Positions 53,808 through 63,272 of a DNA stretch of 63,272 nucleotides are shown piece by piece; the first letter of the stretch is position 1; the number at the start of each line of letters is the position of its first letter. A program made the translations under genes and the position numbers. The DNA comes from an uncultured cyanobacterium (lineage in GTDB: Bacteria > Cyanobacteriota > Cyanobacteriia > Cyanobacteriales > Cyanobacteriaceae), in contig CAVVOP010000026.1 of the NCBI GenBank assembly GCA_963749915.1, forward strand, positions 1-63,272, given 5' to 3'. The notes below the pieces were generated by a model that saw only the letters and a list, made by a program, of their open reading frames with translations, was not told the DNA's origin and searched no databases.

Positions 53808-55082
53808 TCAACTCAAATCCTCTTTATCTATTGCTAATTGACAATGTTGAATTGTTAGTGCGATCGCGTTTTCTAATTCACCAATGCAATGAATCGGTAA
53901 TCCGTTCAATGTTTCTTGATGTATAGTCACATTAGATGAAGTAATTCGCAAAATCCAATCAATTTTTCTAGTAGGTTTAGAGGATTTTCTCGTTAGGGAT
54001 GGTTGAGTTTTCCACAACCTCACTCCTGTAGCTCTATCCGCTCTATCATCACTACGAGGGGATGACATCATCCTTTGTTTTTGATAATATTTTCCTATTT
54101 TTTGAATAAATAAATCAACAATATCCCCTAAAATACAAAGATTGATCATAACAACTTTAATGGCAGATGTATTAATAATACTGGAAAATAGATCATTAAC
54201 GTTTTCTTGGTCTCCCTCATGGTTTTCAGAAGGTAAAATATAACAACTATTTATTTTTTGTCCTTGAGAAATAAAAGAATTAATTGTCAAAATTCCTAAA
54301 TCAACGTTATCGGAAATAATCGCCAAATTACTCTCAGAATTCAATAAAATCGGTTTATTAACTTCTGTAATGGTCGAATTTTTACGATGGGATTGATTAA
54401 TTGTTGAGGAGATTTGATCAGTTTCTCTGGTGAGAGATTTAAGCAAATGAGGATGGCGATTCAAGGCATAATCATTCACTCGGATTTTTCCATCTAAAGC
54501 CATTACCTCACCATTGGCATTAATAGCTAAAGGATTAATTTCGATAATATCGAGATCATGAGTGATAAATAAACCATACATTTTTTCGATGATTTTGCTT
54601 ATAGAAGCGATGGCTTTTCCCGTTACACCCATTTGTTTTACCAAACGACGGGCATAAAAGGGCGAAAATTCTTCCTCCACAACACAAGTTTGTAAATTAT
54701 CTAACAGGATTTCAATGTTAATCCCACCATGGGATGATCCCAATAAAACAGGTTTTTTTAGGCTATAATCAAGCATAATCGCTAAAAATAACTCATTTTC
54801 GGCATCATAACGAGCCTCTGCTAAGATTACCTCCGGATATTCTCCTTCTATGGGTAAATGAAAAATAGATTGAGCAGCGGCGATGGCATCGATGGTATTT
54901 TCGACAAACTTAACACCTCCTGCTTTTGCCCTACCACTGGCCAAGACTTGAGACTTTAAAACAATGGGGTAGGGGATGTGTAAGTTTTTTAATTCACTGG
55001 GATCGGCAATGGATTGAGACGGTAAGATAGGAATATCCACTTGCTCAAATAATTGTTTAGCCTGATATTCTAATAAATCCAT
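53808..55082 (-). CDS. sucC: Succinate-CoA ligase beta subunit-like, divergent C-terminus
   Basis: MDLLEYQAK.LF, KSQV..SGRAKAGGV, EINPL, ALDGK. Confidence 0.8.
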   Translation of the reverse strand: MDLLEYQAKQLFEQVDIPILPSQSIADPSELKNLHIPYPIVLKSQVLASGRAKAGGVKFVENTIDAIAAAQSIFHLPIEGEYPEVILAEARYDAENELFLAIMLDYSLKKPVLLGSSHGGINIEILLDNLQTCVVEEEFSPFYARRLVKQMGVTGKAIASISKIIEKMYGLFITHDLDIIEINPLAINANGEVMALDGKIRVNDYALNRHPHLLKSLTRETDQISSTINQSHRKNSTITEVNKPILLNSESNLAIISDNVDLGILTINSFISQGQKINSCYILPSENHEGDQENVNDLFSSIINTSAIKVVMINLCILGDIVDLFIQKIGKYYQKQRMMSSPRSDDRADRATGVRLWKTQPSLTRKSSKPTRKIDWILRITSSNVTIHQETLNGLPIHCIGELENAIALTIQHCQLAIDKEDLS

Positions 55083-55311
55083 AATAGTTGGGTTCGGTGT
55101 TCGGGGTTAACATCAGTTTATCATCAGATTTAGCACTTTCAGTTTTGGCAACAATTAATCAATTAGCTCAAGAATTCGGGATTGAAATTTATAGCTATGC
55201 TGATACTGTAGAACTTGATTGATTTATAAATGTACTAGTCTTCTTGTCTCCAAATTCCGAACTCCTAACTCAGATGGTAAGATATTCATAGCCAAAATAA
55301 TGTATTAAATT

Positions 55312-56481
55312 ATGAAGTTAATTTCCATACTGGGTTCAACGGGTTCCATCGGTACTCAAACTTTAGATATAGTAAGAGATCATCCCCATCGCTTTCAAGT
55401 GGTTGGACTAGCCGCCGGAAATAATACTACTTTATTAGCGGAACAAATCAGAGAGTTTAAACCTCAAATTGTGGCGATTCAAGGTGAAGCCAAATTATCA
55501 GACTTAAAAAATGCCATCGCCAATGTAAATCCGCAACCGATTTTATTAGCGGGAAAAGAGGCTATTTGCGAAGTCGCCAGTTATGGGGATGCCGAAAGTA
55601 TCGTTACTGGTATAGTGGGATGTGCAGGATTATTGCCTACTATTGCCGCTATCAAGGCTGGAAAAGATATTGCCTTAGCCAATAAAGAAACCTTGATCGC
55701 TGGTGGTCCCATAGTGTTACCTTTGGTCAAAGAGTATGGTGTTAAATTACTTCCCGCTGACTCGGAACATTCAGCGATTTTTCAATGTTTGCAAGGTATC
55801 CCCGAAAAAGGTTTACGAAAAATTATTTTAACTGCTTCTGGTGGTTCATTCCGAGATTTGCCCGTAGAAAAACTAGCCAATGTAACCGTTAAAGATGCTT
55901 TAAAACATCCTAATTGGTCTATGGGGCAAAAGATTACCATTGATTCTGCTACCCTGATGAATAAAGGTTTAGAAGTTATAGAAGCTCATTATTTATTTGG
56001 TTTAGATTACGATAATATTGATATTGTTATTCATCCTCAAAGCATTATTCATTCCATGATAGAGTTACAAGATACTTCTGTGCTAGCTCAATTAGGGTGG
56101 GCAGATATGCGTTTACCGTTACTCTATGCTTTATCTTATCCCGATCGCATTCCTACCAATTGGGAAACTTTGGATTTAATTAAAGTCGGCAGTTTAACCT
56201 TCCGAGAACCGGATCATCATAAATATCCTTGTATGCAGTTAGCCTATGCGGCAGGAAGGTCTGGAGGTTGTCTTCCTGCGGTATTGAATGCGGCTAACGA
56301 ACAAGCGGTAGCTTTATTTTTACAAGAAAAAATTGCTTTTCTCGATATTCCTCGTTTAATTGAGTCTGTTTGCGATGGCTTCTCGGCACAAAATAAATCT
56401 GAACCGAGTTTAGATGATATTTTATACGCTGACCAATGGGCAAGACAAGGGGTGTTAGATCAATTATCTGTATTAGTCTGA
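55312..56481 (+). CDS. dxr: 1-deoxy-D-xylulose 5-phosphate reductoisomerase
   Basis: [31 protein letters not shown]. Confidence 0.98.
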   Translation: MKLISILGSTGSIGTQTLDIVRDHPHRFQVVGLAAGNNTTLLAEQIREFKPQIVAIQGEAKLSDLKNAIANVNPQPILLAGKEAICEVASYGDAESIVTGIVGCAGLLPTIAAIKAGKDIALANKETLIAGGPIVLPLVKEYGVKLLPADSEHSAIFQCLQGIPEKGLRKIILTASGGSFRDLPVEKLANVTVKDALKHPNWSMGQKITIDSATLMNKGLEVIEAHYLFGLDYDNIDIVIHPQSIIHSMIELQDTSVLAQLGWADMRLPLLYALSYPDRIPTNWETLDLIKVGSLTFREPDHHKYPCMQLAYAAGRSGGCLPAVLNAANEQAVALFLQEKIAFLDIPRLIESVCDGFSAQNKSEPSLDDILYADQWARQGVLDQLSVLV

Positions 56482-56526
56482 AAATGAGTTCGAAAAAAAA
56501 TTTTATTATAATATAGATGAAAAATC

Positions 56527-57414
56527 ATGGTTTGGAATTTCGATCAGAAGATATTAATACAAGGTATTGATCAACCAAAAGCATTAACTTATCTACAAGA
56601 GTCTAATTTAGATAATGTTAATTTTATGGCTGGTGTTGCTGATGAATATATGGGAGAAACTATTGAAAATATCCCTGTTTTTGATTTAGTTACAGAAGCG
56701 ATCGCCGCATATCCAGAAATAAACACCACAATTATTTTTAGCGATGCCTATAATGTTTTAGATGCAAGTTATGAAGCCATAGACGCGGGAATAAAACAAC
56801 TAATTATTAACTCGGAAAATATCCCTCCCTTAGATTTAGTTAAAATTTTTCAACAAGCTAATAGTAAAAACGTTAAAATATTGGGCACTTCTCAAGCGGG
56901 AATTTTAATCCCTGAGAAACTTTGTTGTGGCGTAAGAAATGCTAGTGTTTATCAATCAGGAAACATAGGTATTATTAACTATGGTGACAGTGTAATTAGT
57001 AGTGAATTAGCCTTATTTTTACAAAGAAATAACTTAGGTGAATCTATCATTATCAACCTAGGAAATTCTAATTTTATAGAAATCGACTGGAATTTGTGGT
57101 TGAATACCCTAAATAAAGATGATTCAACCAAAGTAATCTTAATAAGCATTAGTGATTTCTCAACTATAAATAAAGAACAATTTATTCAATCATTAAATCA
57201 AGTAAAAAATAAGCCAATTATTCTCTATTTTTTAGATCCAAATAACATTAAATCTTCAATGAATAATAATCAAGCCAAAATTATAACTGATCAAATTCCT
57301 CAACATTTAAATCGAGTGGTATCTTTAACCTCTCTTACTGAATCTTTATCAGAAAAAGAGGTAATAATTACTAGTGAATATCAGGAAATTCCTGGATTAA
57401 TTAAATTAATGTAA
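56527..57414 (+). CDS. sucD: Succinate-CoA ligase alpha subunit-like, degenerate
   Basis: KILIQGI, IPVFD, EAIDAGI, GNIGII; lacks GHAG. Confidence 0.7.
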   Translation: MVWNFDQKILIQGIDQPKALTYLQESNLDNVNFMAGVADEYMGETIENIPVFDLVTEAIAAYPEINTTIIFSDAYNVLDASYEAIDAGIKQLIINSENIPPLDLVKIFQQANSKNVKILGTSQAGILIPEKLCCGVRNASVYQSGNIGIINYGDSVISSELALFLQRNNLGESIIINLGNSNFIEIDWNLWLNTLNKDDSTKVILISISDFSTINKEQFIQSLNQVKNKPIILYFLDPNNIKSSMNNNQAKIITDQIPQHLNRVVSLTSLTESLSEKEVIITSEYQEIPGLIKLM

Positions 57415-57525
57415 GTTAAGATTTGGAGTGGGTGAATCTCACAAGGGTAAGTTTTTAATATTTCGGTGAGGGTGAGACAAGGAAAATGATACAAAGGAAA
57501 AACGGTCTTTTTTAGATTTGAAAGT

Positions 57526-58113
57526 TTACCACGTTAAATAAGGTAATTTTGTCGCCGTAGTCTTAATTTCCTCGATATTTTTAGTTAATAAACCACAAGT
57601 ATCCCATTTCCCTGTTGTTAGCATATTTCTAGCACCAGAATCCATTTTTACAGTACTACTCCAATGTCCACATTGCACTTGTAAACTTTCTAAGTCTAAA
57701 GTCAGGGTAATTTGAGGGTTTTCCTGTACTAAATTTTGAATGCTCTTAATATTACCAGAAGAAGTACTAACACAAGGAATACCCATCGTCAAACAGTTCC
57801 CGAAAAATATTTCCGCAAAACTTTCTCCCACAATAGCTTCTATTCCCCAACGGGCAATGGCTTGAGGGGCATGTTCTCTACTTGAACCACAACCAAAGTT
57901 GGCATTGACAACTAAAATTTTTGCATTTTGATATGGGGGTAAATCGAAGGGATGTTCTCCATTCATAGCACTTCTATCATCAGCAAACACCTGTTCTCCC
58001 AAACCATCAAAGGTTACACACCGTAAAAAACGGGCGGGGATAATGCGATCGGTATCAATATCATTACCGATAAGGGGAATGCCCGTTCCTGTAATAATTG
58101 TTCTTTTACTCAT
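57526..58113 (-). CDS. leuD: 3-isopropylmalate dehydratase small subunit
   Basis: DIDTDRIIPARF, NFGCGSSREHA. Confidence 0.97.
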   Translation of the reverse strand: MSKRTIITGTGIPLIGNDIDTDRIIPARFLRCVTFDGLGEQVFADDRSAMNGEHPFDLPPYQNAKILVVNANFGCGSSREHAPQAIARWGIEAIVGESFAEIFFGNCLTMGIPCVSTSSGNIKSIQNLVQENPQITLTLDLESLQVQCGHWSSTVKMDSGARNMLTTGKWDTCGLLTKNIEEIKTTATKLPYLTW

Positions 58114-58160
58114 AATAAATAATATATGGTTGATAGTTGTTAATTATTAATGGTTAATGG

Positions 58161-59030
58161 TCAATTGTCCAACAGTAGCCAAAAAGCGGCAAAAGATTCA
58201 GATTCTGGGGAAGATTGTACAGCCAAAAAGTGGACACCGTTAGCTTGTTTTTTGGCAGATTCAAAACCTTCTCCTTCTGCTAAGGTGGCTTTATCCGTTA
58301 GATTGGCAAGAATCCAACTATCACTAACCCCTGTTTCTAAACAGATTTTCGGGAATTGACTCTTTTCTAGGCGCAGATAACCTAATTCTAAGCCTGACAT
58401 CCATCCTGCTAACGGTAACGCCCGTTGAGAGAAGATAATTAAGCCTGGTATTATGGTATCAGGTTTAATATTTGCCATTGTTAGAGGGAAGGCTTCACCG
58501 AAACCAATATCCCATTCTTTCATATCGGCTAACTCATCAGCAGAAAGACTCACTAATGCCCATTGATCTTTTTTATCACCTTTTAGTGCATCGGGAAGAT
58601 TAATGGCGTTACTTTGGGGATATTGCACGGTACTTGATTGTCGAGCTTTTTCGTCATATCCCTGTTGTTGTGGATAAAAATTATCCATTCTTTCTTCTAG
58701 CCACTGATTTAAGGCGTAGGTATGACGGGAGGGAAATACAGCTATTCCTGCATCTTCACAACCTTTGATGATCATATTGTTCATCTGACGACGAAAAAAA
58801 CGGATTTTATTGGGGGTTTCTCCTGATTTTTCCATGGCAGTAGCGATCGCCTGTTTAAGAATCAGAGAATTAACTTCAGTGTTAGAACAGAATTGGGAAT
58901 AACGGAATAAAGACTTAAGATCAGTATCGATGGAAGTAGGACTTTCACAGATCAAAATTTCCCATAGTTTCTTGTTATTGTCGTCTAAAATTGGACGTGA
59001 ATAAAAATCTAATTCCCAAATTTTTCCCAT
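58161..59030 (-). CDS. Tab2/Atab2 family RNA-binding protein
   Basis: WELDFYSRP, GVHFLAVQ, FWLL. Confidence 0.92.
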   Translation of the reverse strand: MGKIWELDFYSRPILDDNNKKLWEILICESPTSIDTDLKSLFRYSQFCSNTEVNSLILKQAIATAMEKSGETPNKIRFFRRQMNNMIIKGCEDAGIAVFPSRHTYALNQWLEERMDNFYPQQQGYDEKARQSSTVQYPQSNAINLPDALKGDKKDQWALVSLSADELADMKEWDIGFGEAFPLTMANIKPDTIIPGLIIFSQRALPLAGWMSGLELGYLRLEKSQFPKICLETGVSDSWILANLTDKATLAEGEGFESAKKQANGVHFLAVQSSPESESFAAFWLLLDN

Positions 59031-59305
59031 TGTTAACTTTTTTCGACTTTGCCTGACTTTGGCAACTAATAATTTTTGCTCTAGGTATCATAGCATTTTA
59101 AAGAATTATCATCATGAGTAACAAGCTATCGGTGAATCTTCAGAAATTTATCTCCTCTATTTTGAGGCTAACTATTTTACTCGCCTATGGATCACTACTC
59201 ATTGTTTTTGCTTCTGTTTTCTCAAAATGTAAAAAAATCTTTCAAGTATTGAATTTTAAAGCTAAGATACATCTAAATAAATACTGATGAAAATATGTTA
59301 TTGAT

Positions 59306-60196
59306 ATGAACTCAGAAAAAGTAGATCCTCAAGTATTAGTTAAGAGTTATGGCTTTTGGATGTGGGTAATATTGTCAGCTTTAGTAATTATAAATTTGAC
59401 GATTTTTTGGAAAATGGATAACATTGCCCATGCCGGGATGAGTGCTTTATTTTGGTTAGCAGTTTATTCTTTGTTATGGGATAGACGTCAGGAATTGAAA
59501 TTTAAAAGTGAATTATGGCCTACTCTATTGGGTATTTTATTGATTGGATGGACTTTATTTGTCAGCAGATCAATTCCCACAGAAAAAGAAAATAATCTTC
59601 TGAGTCTTGCACCTTTTATCTTCTCTTTAGGTATAAGTTTAATCGCTTCAGGTTTTTACGGATTGAAACAATTTCGAGGAGAATTACTAATTATCTTTTT
59701 TCTAGGTGTCCCTAGGGTTATCTTGAACTCCTTTACCAATATTTCTCCCATAACCGCTAAAGTATCTTCTTTTATTCTTCATTATTTAGGATTCGATCTG
59801 GTTTTAGATGGGGTTTTTATTCACCTACGACAAGGTAGCGTCAAAGTTTATGAGGGTTGTTCGGGAGTCGAATCAATGACCTACGTCTTAGGTTTATCCG
59901 TTATTTGTTTAATCATGTTCCCCATTGCTAAAAAATATCAATATATCGTACCGTTGATCGCTATTATCACCGGGTTTATGATTAATGCTTTTCGGGTGGT
60001 GTTAATGGCTATTCTCATAGGGAGAGGAGAACGGGAAGCCTTTGTATATTGGCATGAAGGAGATGGATCGTTAGTTTTTGGTCTGATCGCCGTAATGACT
60101 TTTGGTTTATTTTACTGGTTATTGATGAATCAAAGTGAACAAAAGATCAATCCACTACCTGAGGAAGAAAATTTTTTTAATAGTGACTCCTTTTAA
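59306..60196 (+). CDS. crtA: Cyanoexosortase A
   Basis: Multi-TM; V.VYEGCSG, NAFRV, YWHEGDG. Confidence 0.85.
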   Translation: MNSEKVDPQVLVKSYGFWMWVILSALVIINLTIFWKMDNIAHAGMSALFWLAVYSLLWDRRQELKFKSELWPTLLGILLIGWTLFVSRSIPTEKENNLLSLAPFIFSLGISLIASGFYGLKQFRGELLIIFFLGVPRVILNSFTNISPITAKVSSFILHYLGFDLVLDGVFIHLRQGSVKVYEGCSGVESMTYVLGLSVICLIMFPIAKKYQYIVPLIAIITGFMINAFRVVLMAILIGRGEREAFVYWHEGDGSLVFGLIAVMTFGLFYWLLMNQSEQKINPLPEEENFFNSDSF

Positions 60197-60256
60197 TCTT
60201 AGGGAATAGAATTTAGCTTTGTCAATCCCCGTTATTTTGATTTATCTTATTGTCTT

Positions 60257-61426
60257 TCATGAGTAATTCGTAAATTGTAAAATTTCTTGGGCAACTTTAT
60301 CACTAACACAATCGACTCCATTATCGAGAGTTTGGATCATCATTTGATATTCTGATTGTAATTTTTGTTGCCGAGATTCGTTAAATAATAGCTCTAAAGA
60401 AAGGTTAAAAATATTTTCTGCAGTGGCTTTTTCTTGTAATAATTCTGGCACTATTTCTTTCATTAAAACTAAGTTTACGGGAGACATAAAAGGAATTGAA
60501 AATCGCAAAATTTTACGTGCTATCCAAATAGTAAAGACATTAACTTTATATATCACGATTTGGGGAATTTTTAATAATCCTAATTCTAAATTTACTGTGC
60601 CTGACTTAGTTATGGCTAAATCTGCTCCTGCTAAAACTTCTAAAGTTTCTCCTTCAAATAGATTGATATTGACTTGATATTGTGTGATTAAACTTTCAAT
60701 TTGCAATCGATATTTGGGTAAAGAAATCGGTAAATAAAAACAAGCAAAAGGTATTCTTTCTTGAAGTTTTTTTGCCGATTTTAACATCACTGGTAATAAA
60801 TATTTTAATTCTTGTTGACGAGATGCTGGTAATAAAACAATCATTTTTTCTGTTTCTTGAATCCCTATTTTTTTTCTTGCCTCTTCTCTTGTCGGGGCAT
60901 TTTTGATGCGATCGATTAGGGGATGGCCAACATAGGTACTACTTAAGCCTTTTTCTTGATAAAATTTAGCTTCTTCGGGAAAAATTGCCAGTAATTTATC
61001 GGTAAAAGCAACTAATTGGTTAACATCTTGCCCTAATGGTGTCCAAACCCAAAATTGTGGACCTATATACCAAATTATCGGGATTTTTGGAAATTTTTGC
61101 TTTAAATAGGATGCGATCGCTAAATTGGGTCCTAAATAATCAATTAAGACGATAATATCAGGTAAATTGGCTCCTAAGTATTTTTTGGCTTTTTTTTGAA
61201 TTTGCAATGTAGGGACAATAAAAGGCAAAGATTCTAATAAACCCACGGAACCAATGGCGGTAGTATCGGCGATAATATTAGCACCTGCGGATCGCATTTT
61301 GTTACCCCCCAAACCCTCAACTTTTAGAACAAGATTAAGTTTTTCAGCCTGTCGATAAAGTGCCTCAACCAATAACCCTCCCTGTAAATCTCCAGAAACT
61401 TCACCAGTACTAATGAATATCCGCAT
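60257..61426 (-). CDS. lpxB: Lipid-A-disaccharide synthase
   Basis: STGEVSGDL, VGHPL, LPASR, KSGTVNLE. Confidence 0.95.
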   Translation of the reverse strand: MRIFISTGEVSGDLQGGLLVEALYRQAEKLNLVLKVEGLGGNKMRSAGANIIADTTAIGSVGLLESLPFIVPTLQIQKKAKKYLGANLPDIIVLIDYLGPNLAIASYLKQKFPKIPIIWYIGPQFWVWTPLGQDVNQLVAFTDKLLAIFPEEAKFYQEKGLSSTYVGHPLIDRIKNAPTREEARKKIGIQETEKMIVLLPASRQQELKYLLPVMLKSAKKLQERIPFACFYLPISLPKYRLQIESLITQYQVNINLFEGETLEVLAGADLAITKSGTVNLELGLLKIPQIVIYKVNVFTIWIARKILRFSIPFMSPVNLVLMKEIVPELLQEKATAENIFNLSLELLFNESRQQKLQSEYQMMIQTLDNGVDCVSDKVAQEILQFTNYS

Positions 61427-61574
61427 AGCTACCAATTTTCTTAAACATCATTGATTTTATCTCGAATTGACGTAAATCTTTTGGTTCTGCGGCAAAAAAT
61501 TCTGAAGAACAAAATAAGTTTATACTTATCTGAATTTTTAGACGGCAATTCCCTTTCATCCAAATTTTCTGTGG

Positions 61575-61778
61575 TTAAAAATCATCGGGGATAACCCATT
61601 TAGGAGGTTCAGTGAATTTTTTAAATCGAGCAGCTTCCGCCATTTCGAGCATTTTATCTAAAGAAGTACTTTCAATAAATTTAGAGGTTTCTCTGGCAAA
61701 TTCTCGATTTGGGCATTCTTCCCCTAAAATACAGCCATTTACACATTCCACTTGACAATTTACAGTTCTAGTCATAAC
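61575..61778 (-). CDS. Conserved cyanobacterial small Cys-rich protein
   Basis: NCQVECVNGCILGEECPN...PPKWVIP. Confidence 0.7.
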   Translation of the reverse strand, partial: VMTRTVNCQVECVNGCILGEECPNREFARETSKFIESTSLDKMLEMAEAARFKKFTEPPKWVIPDDF

Positions 61779-61869
61779 AAATTTCCATCGGATAACCAAA
61801 GATTTGCGGTTATTATATCAATATAGTAATGAAAAATTAACTTATTACTTACTACTTATCACTTATATC

Positions 61870-62439
61870 ATGACTAAAGATTCAGAACTCGCCCCATCTT
61901 TGCCTCCCGCGGTGCACAAGGTATCTAAAAACCTACAACTGTGGGGATTTTGGAGTTTTTGGCTACAGTTAATTTTGGGGATTATTTCTACTGTTACGCT
62001 CTTATTTGCCACCCCTGCGTTATTCGAAACAGAACAAAAAATACAAGGTGTCCAATTTGGAATTGTGTCAGCTTTTATTAGTATTATCCTGCTAATTATT
62101 TCCATGATTATTTCTTTTCGTTATGGGAAGATTGGCAGAAGAATCGAAAATCGGGATCCCGCCATGCGCCCGAAAAAATCGGAAACTATGCGATTGATTA
62201 GAATTGCCTTAATCTTTAATCTTGTGGGAATGGTGTTTGCTATTATCGGTGCAGAAACTTTAGTGGGTTTAGCCTTAGCCAAACTTTTAACTTTATCACC
62301 TCAGTTAATCGGTTCAAATCCTCAAAATTACGTTAATTCCCTCGATTTATTAATTATTCAGGCAAATACTAATACTATTGGAGCTCACTTTGCTGGAATA
62401 GTAACCTCTTTGATTTTGCTAAATCGCATCACTAATTAG
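61870..62439 (+). CDS. DUF3611 membrane protein
   Basis: GFWSFWLQLILG, LDLLIIQANTNTI.AHF. Confidence 0.85.
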   Translation: MTKDSELAPSLPPAVHKVSKNLQLWGFWSFWLQLILGIISTVTLLFATPALFETEQKIQGVQFGIVSAFISIILLIISMIISFRYGKIGRRIENRDPAMRPKKSETMRLIRIALIFNLVGMVFAIIGAETLVGLALAKLLTLSPQLIGSNPQNYVNSLDLLIIQANTNTIGAHFAGIVTSLILLNRITN

Positions 62440-62512
62440 GCTTTGCTGAAAAAGTGTTTTGGTAGGGGTAGAGAATAGGGAATAGTGAGCAAATGTATTT
62501 TTCTAAGAACTT

Positions 62513-62977
62513 ATGCAATTACAACGTCATCAATATTGGATGAATCAGGCTTTAATTTTGGCTCAACAAGCAGGAAATCGGGGAGAAATTCCCGTTGGTG
62601 CCTTAATTATTGATGGTGAGAATAATTTAATAGCAGAGGCTTATAATCGGAAAGAAACAGATCAAGATTGTACTGCCCATGCTGAAATTATTGCTATTCG
62701 TCAGGCTTGTCAAAATTTGGGTAGTTGGCGTTTAAACAATTGTGTTTTATATGTGACTCTTGAACCTTGTGCTATGTGTGCAGGGGCAATAATTAACTCT
62801 CGTCTTACAACCTTAGTTTATGGGGTAGATGACTTTAAAACTGGCAGTATTCGCACGGTGATTAATCTTCCTGATAGCCTTGCTTCTAATCATAATTTAC
62901 AGGTGTTCGCAGGTATTCGGGAAAAAGCCTGTCGGGAATTACTACAATCTTGGTTTGAAAATCATCGTTTTAGTTAA
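62513..62977 (+). CDS. tadA: tRNA adenosine(34) deaminase
   Basis: EIPVGA, TAHAE, YVTLEPCAMCAGA. Confidence 0.95.
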   Translation: MQLQRHQYWMNQALILAQQAGNRGEIPVGALIIDGENNLIAEAYNRKETDQDCTAHAEIIAIRQACQNLGSWRLNNCVLYVTLEPCAMCAGAIINSRLTTLVYGVDDFKTGSIRTVINLPDSLASNHNLQVFAGIREKACRELLQSWFENHRFS

Positions 62978-63017
62978 CAGACATCTCCAACAATTAATTA
63001 AGAAAAAGGGGGCTGAA

Positions 63018-63272
63018 CAATACTACTCGGTTAAGCTGAAAAACCTGATCAAATGAGAAGTGTGGGGAGTGTGGTAATACTGCTCGGTTAGTGCCGAAAA
63101 CGGCATTGTTAGGGAAATTTAGAATTTAGAATTTAGAATTCAGAAGGAAAATTTTCACGAATTTATTACCTTCTGCCCTCTCTCTTGGTGCGCGTTCCCT
63201 TGCTGAGGCAACCTCAGCGAGGTCGCACCTCTGCCTGCTGCCTCCTGCCTTACCAACTCCGACAACCATATA
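63018..63272. mobile_element. Two stacked MITE-like element ends, running off the window
   Basis: CAATACTACTCGGTTAAG at 63018 and TAATACTGCTCGGTTAGTG at 63075; TTAGAAT heptamers; segments shared with 33031-33224 and 15021-15098. Confidence 0.6.

Overview
Cyanobacterial chromosome segment. Abundant HIP1 GCGATCGC sites, an AT-rich core and genes such as ftsH2, Tab2, cyanoexosortase A and FraH-like suggest a Cyanobacterium/Geminocystis-type unicell (inference). Bases 1-17345 are an accessory region. It starts with an atypical response regulator and a divergent MarC / two-SDR / outer-membrane beta-barrel cluster. Next is a nested set of mobile elements: an HNH remnant abuts an IS1634 remnant, which is interrupted by an IS701/IS4-like element. 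That element is itself interrupted by a 555-bp transposase-free cassette with 62-bp inverted ends and a 10-bp target duplication, carrying only a four-helix-bundle (23S rRNA IVP-family) gene. This cassette is the most notable find. Then comes a caspase-STAND NTPase-WD40 gene with a Uma2 gene between 213-bp direct repeats, and a second IS1634 at the region boundary. From 17416 onward the genes are mostly housekeeping (gcvP, ligA, argC, ftsH, mnh/mrp cluster, pgl, map, mtnP, speE, tig, queF, dxr, leuD, lpxB, tadA). Interspersed are two GC-richer genes (transglutaminase, type IIC-like P-ATPase), three toxin-antitoxin loci and MITE-like repeats. No rRNA, tRNA or CRISPR array was recognised. All family assignments come from motif recognition by eye, not database searches.
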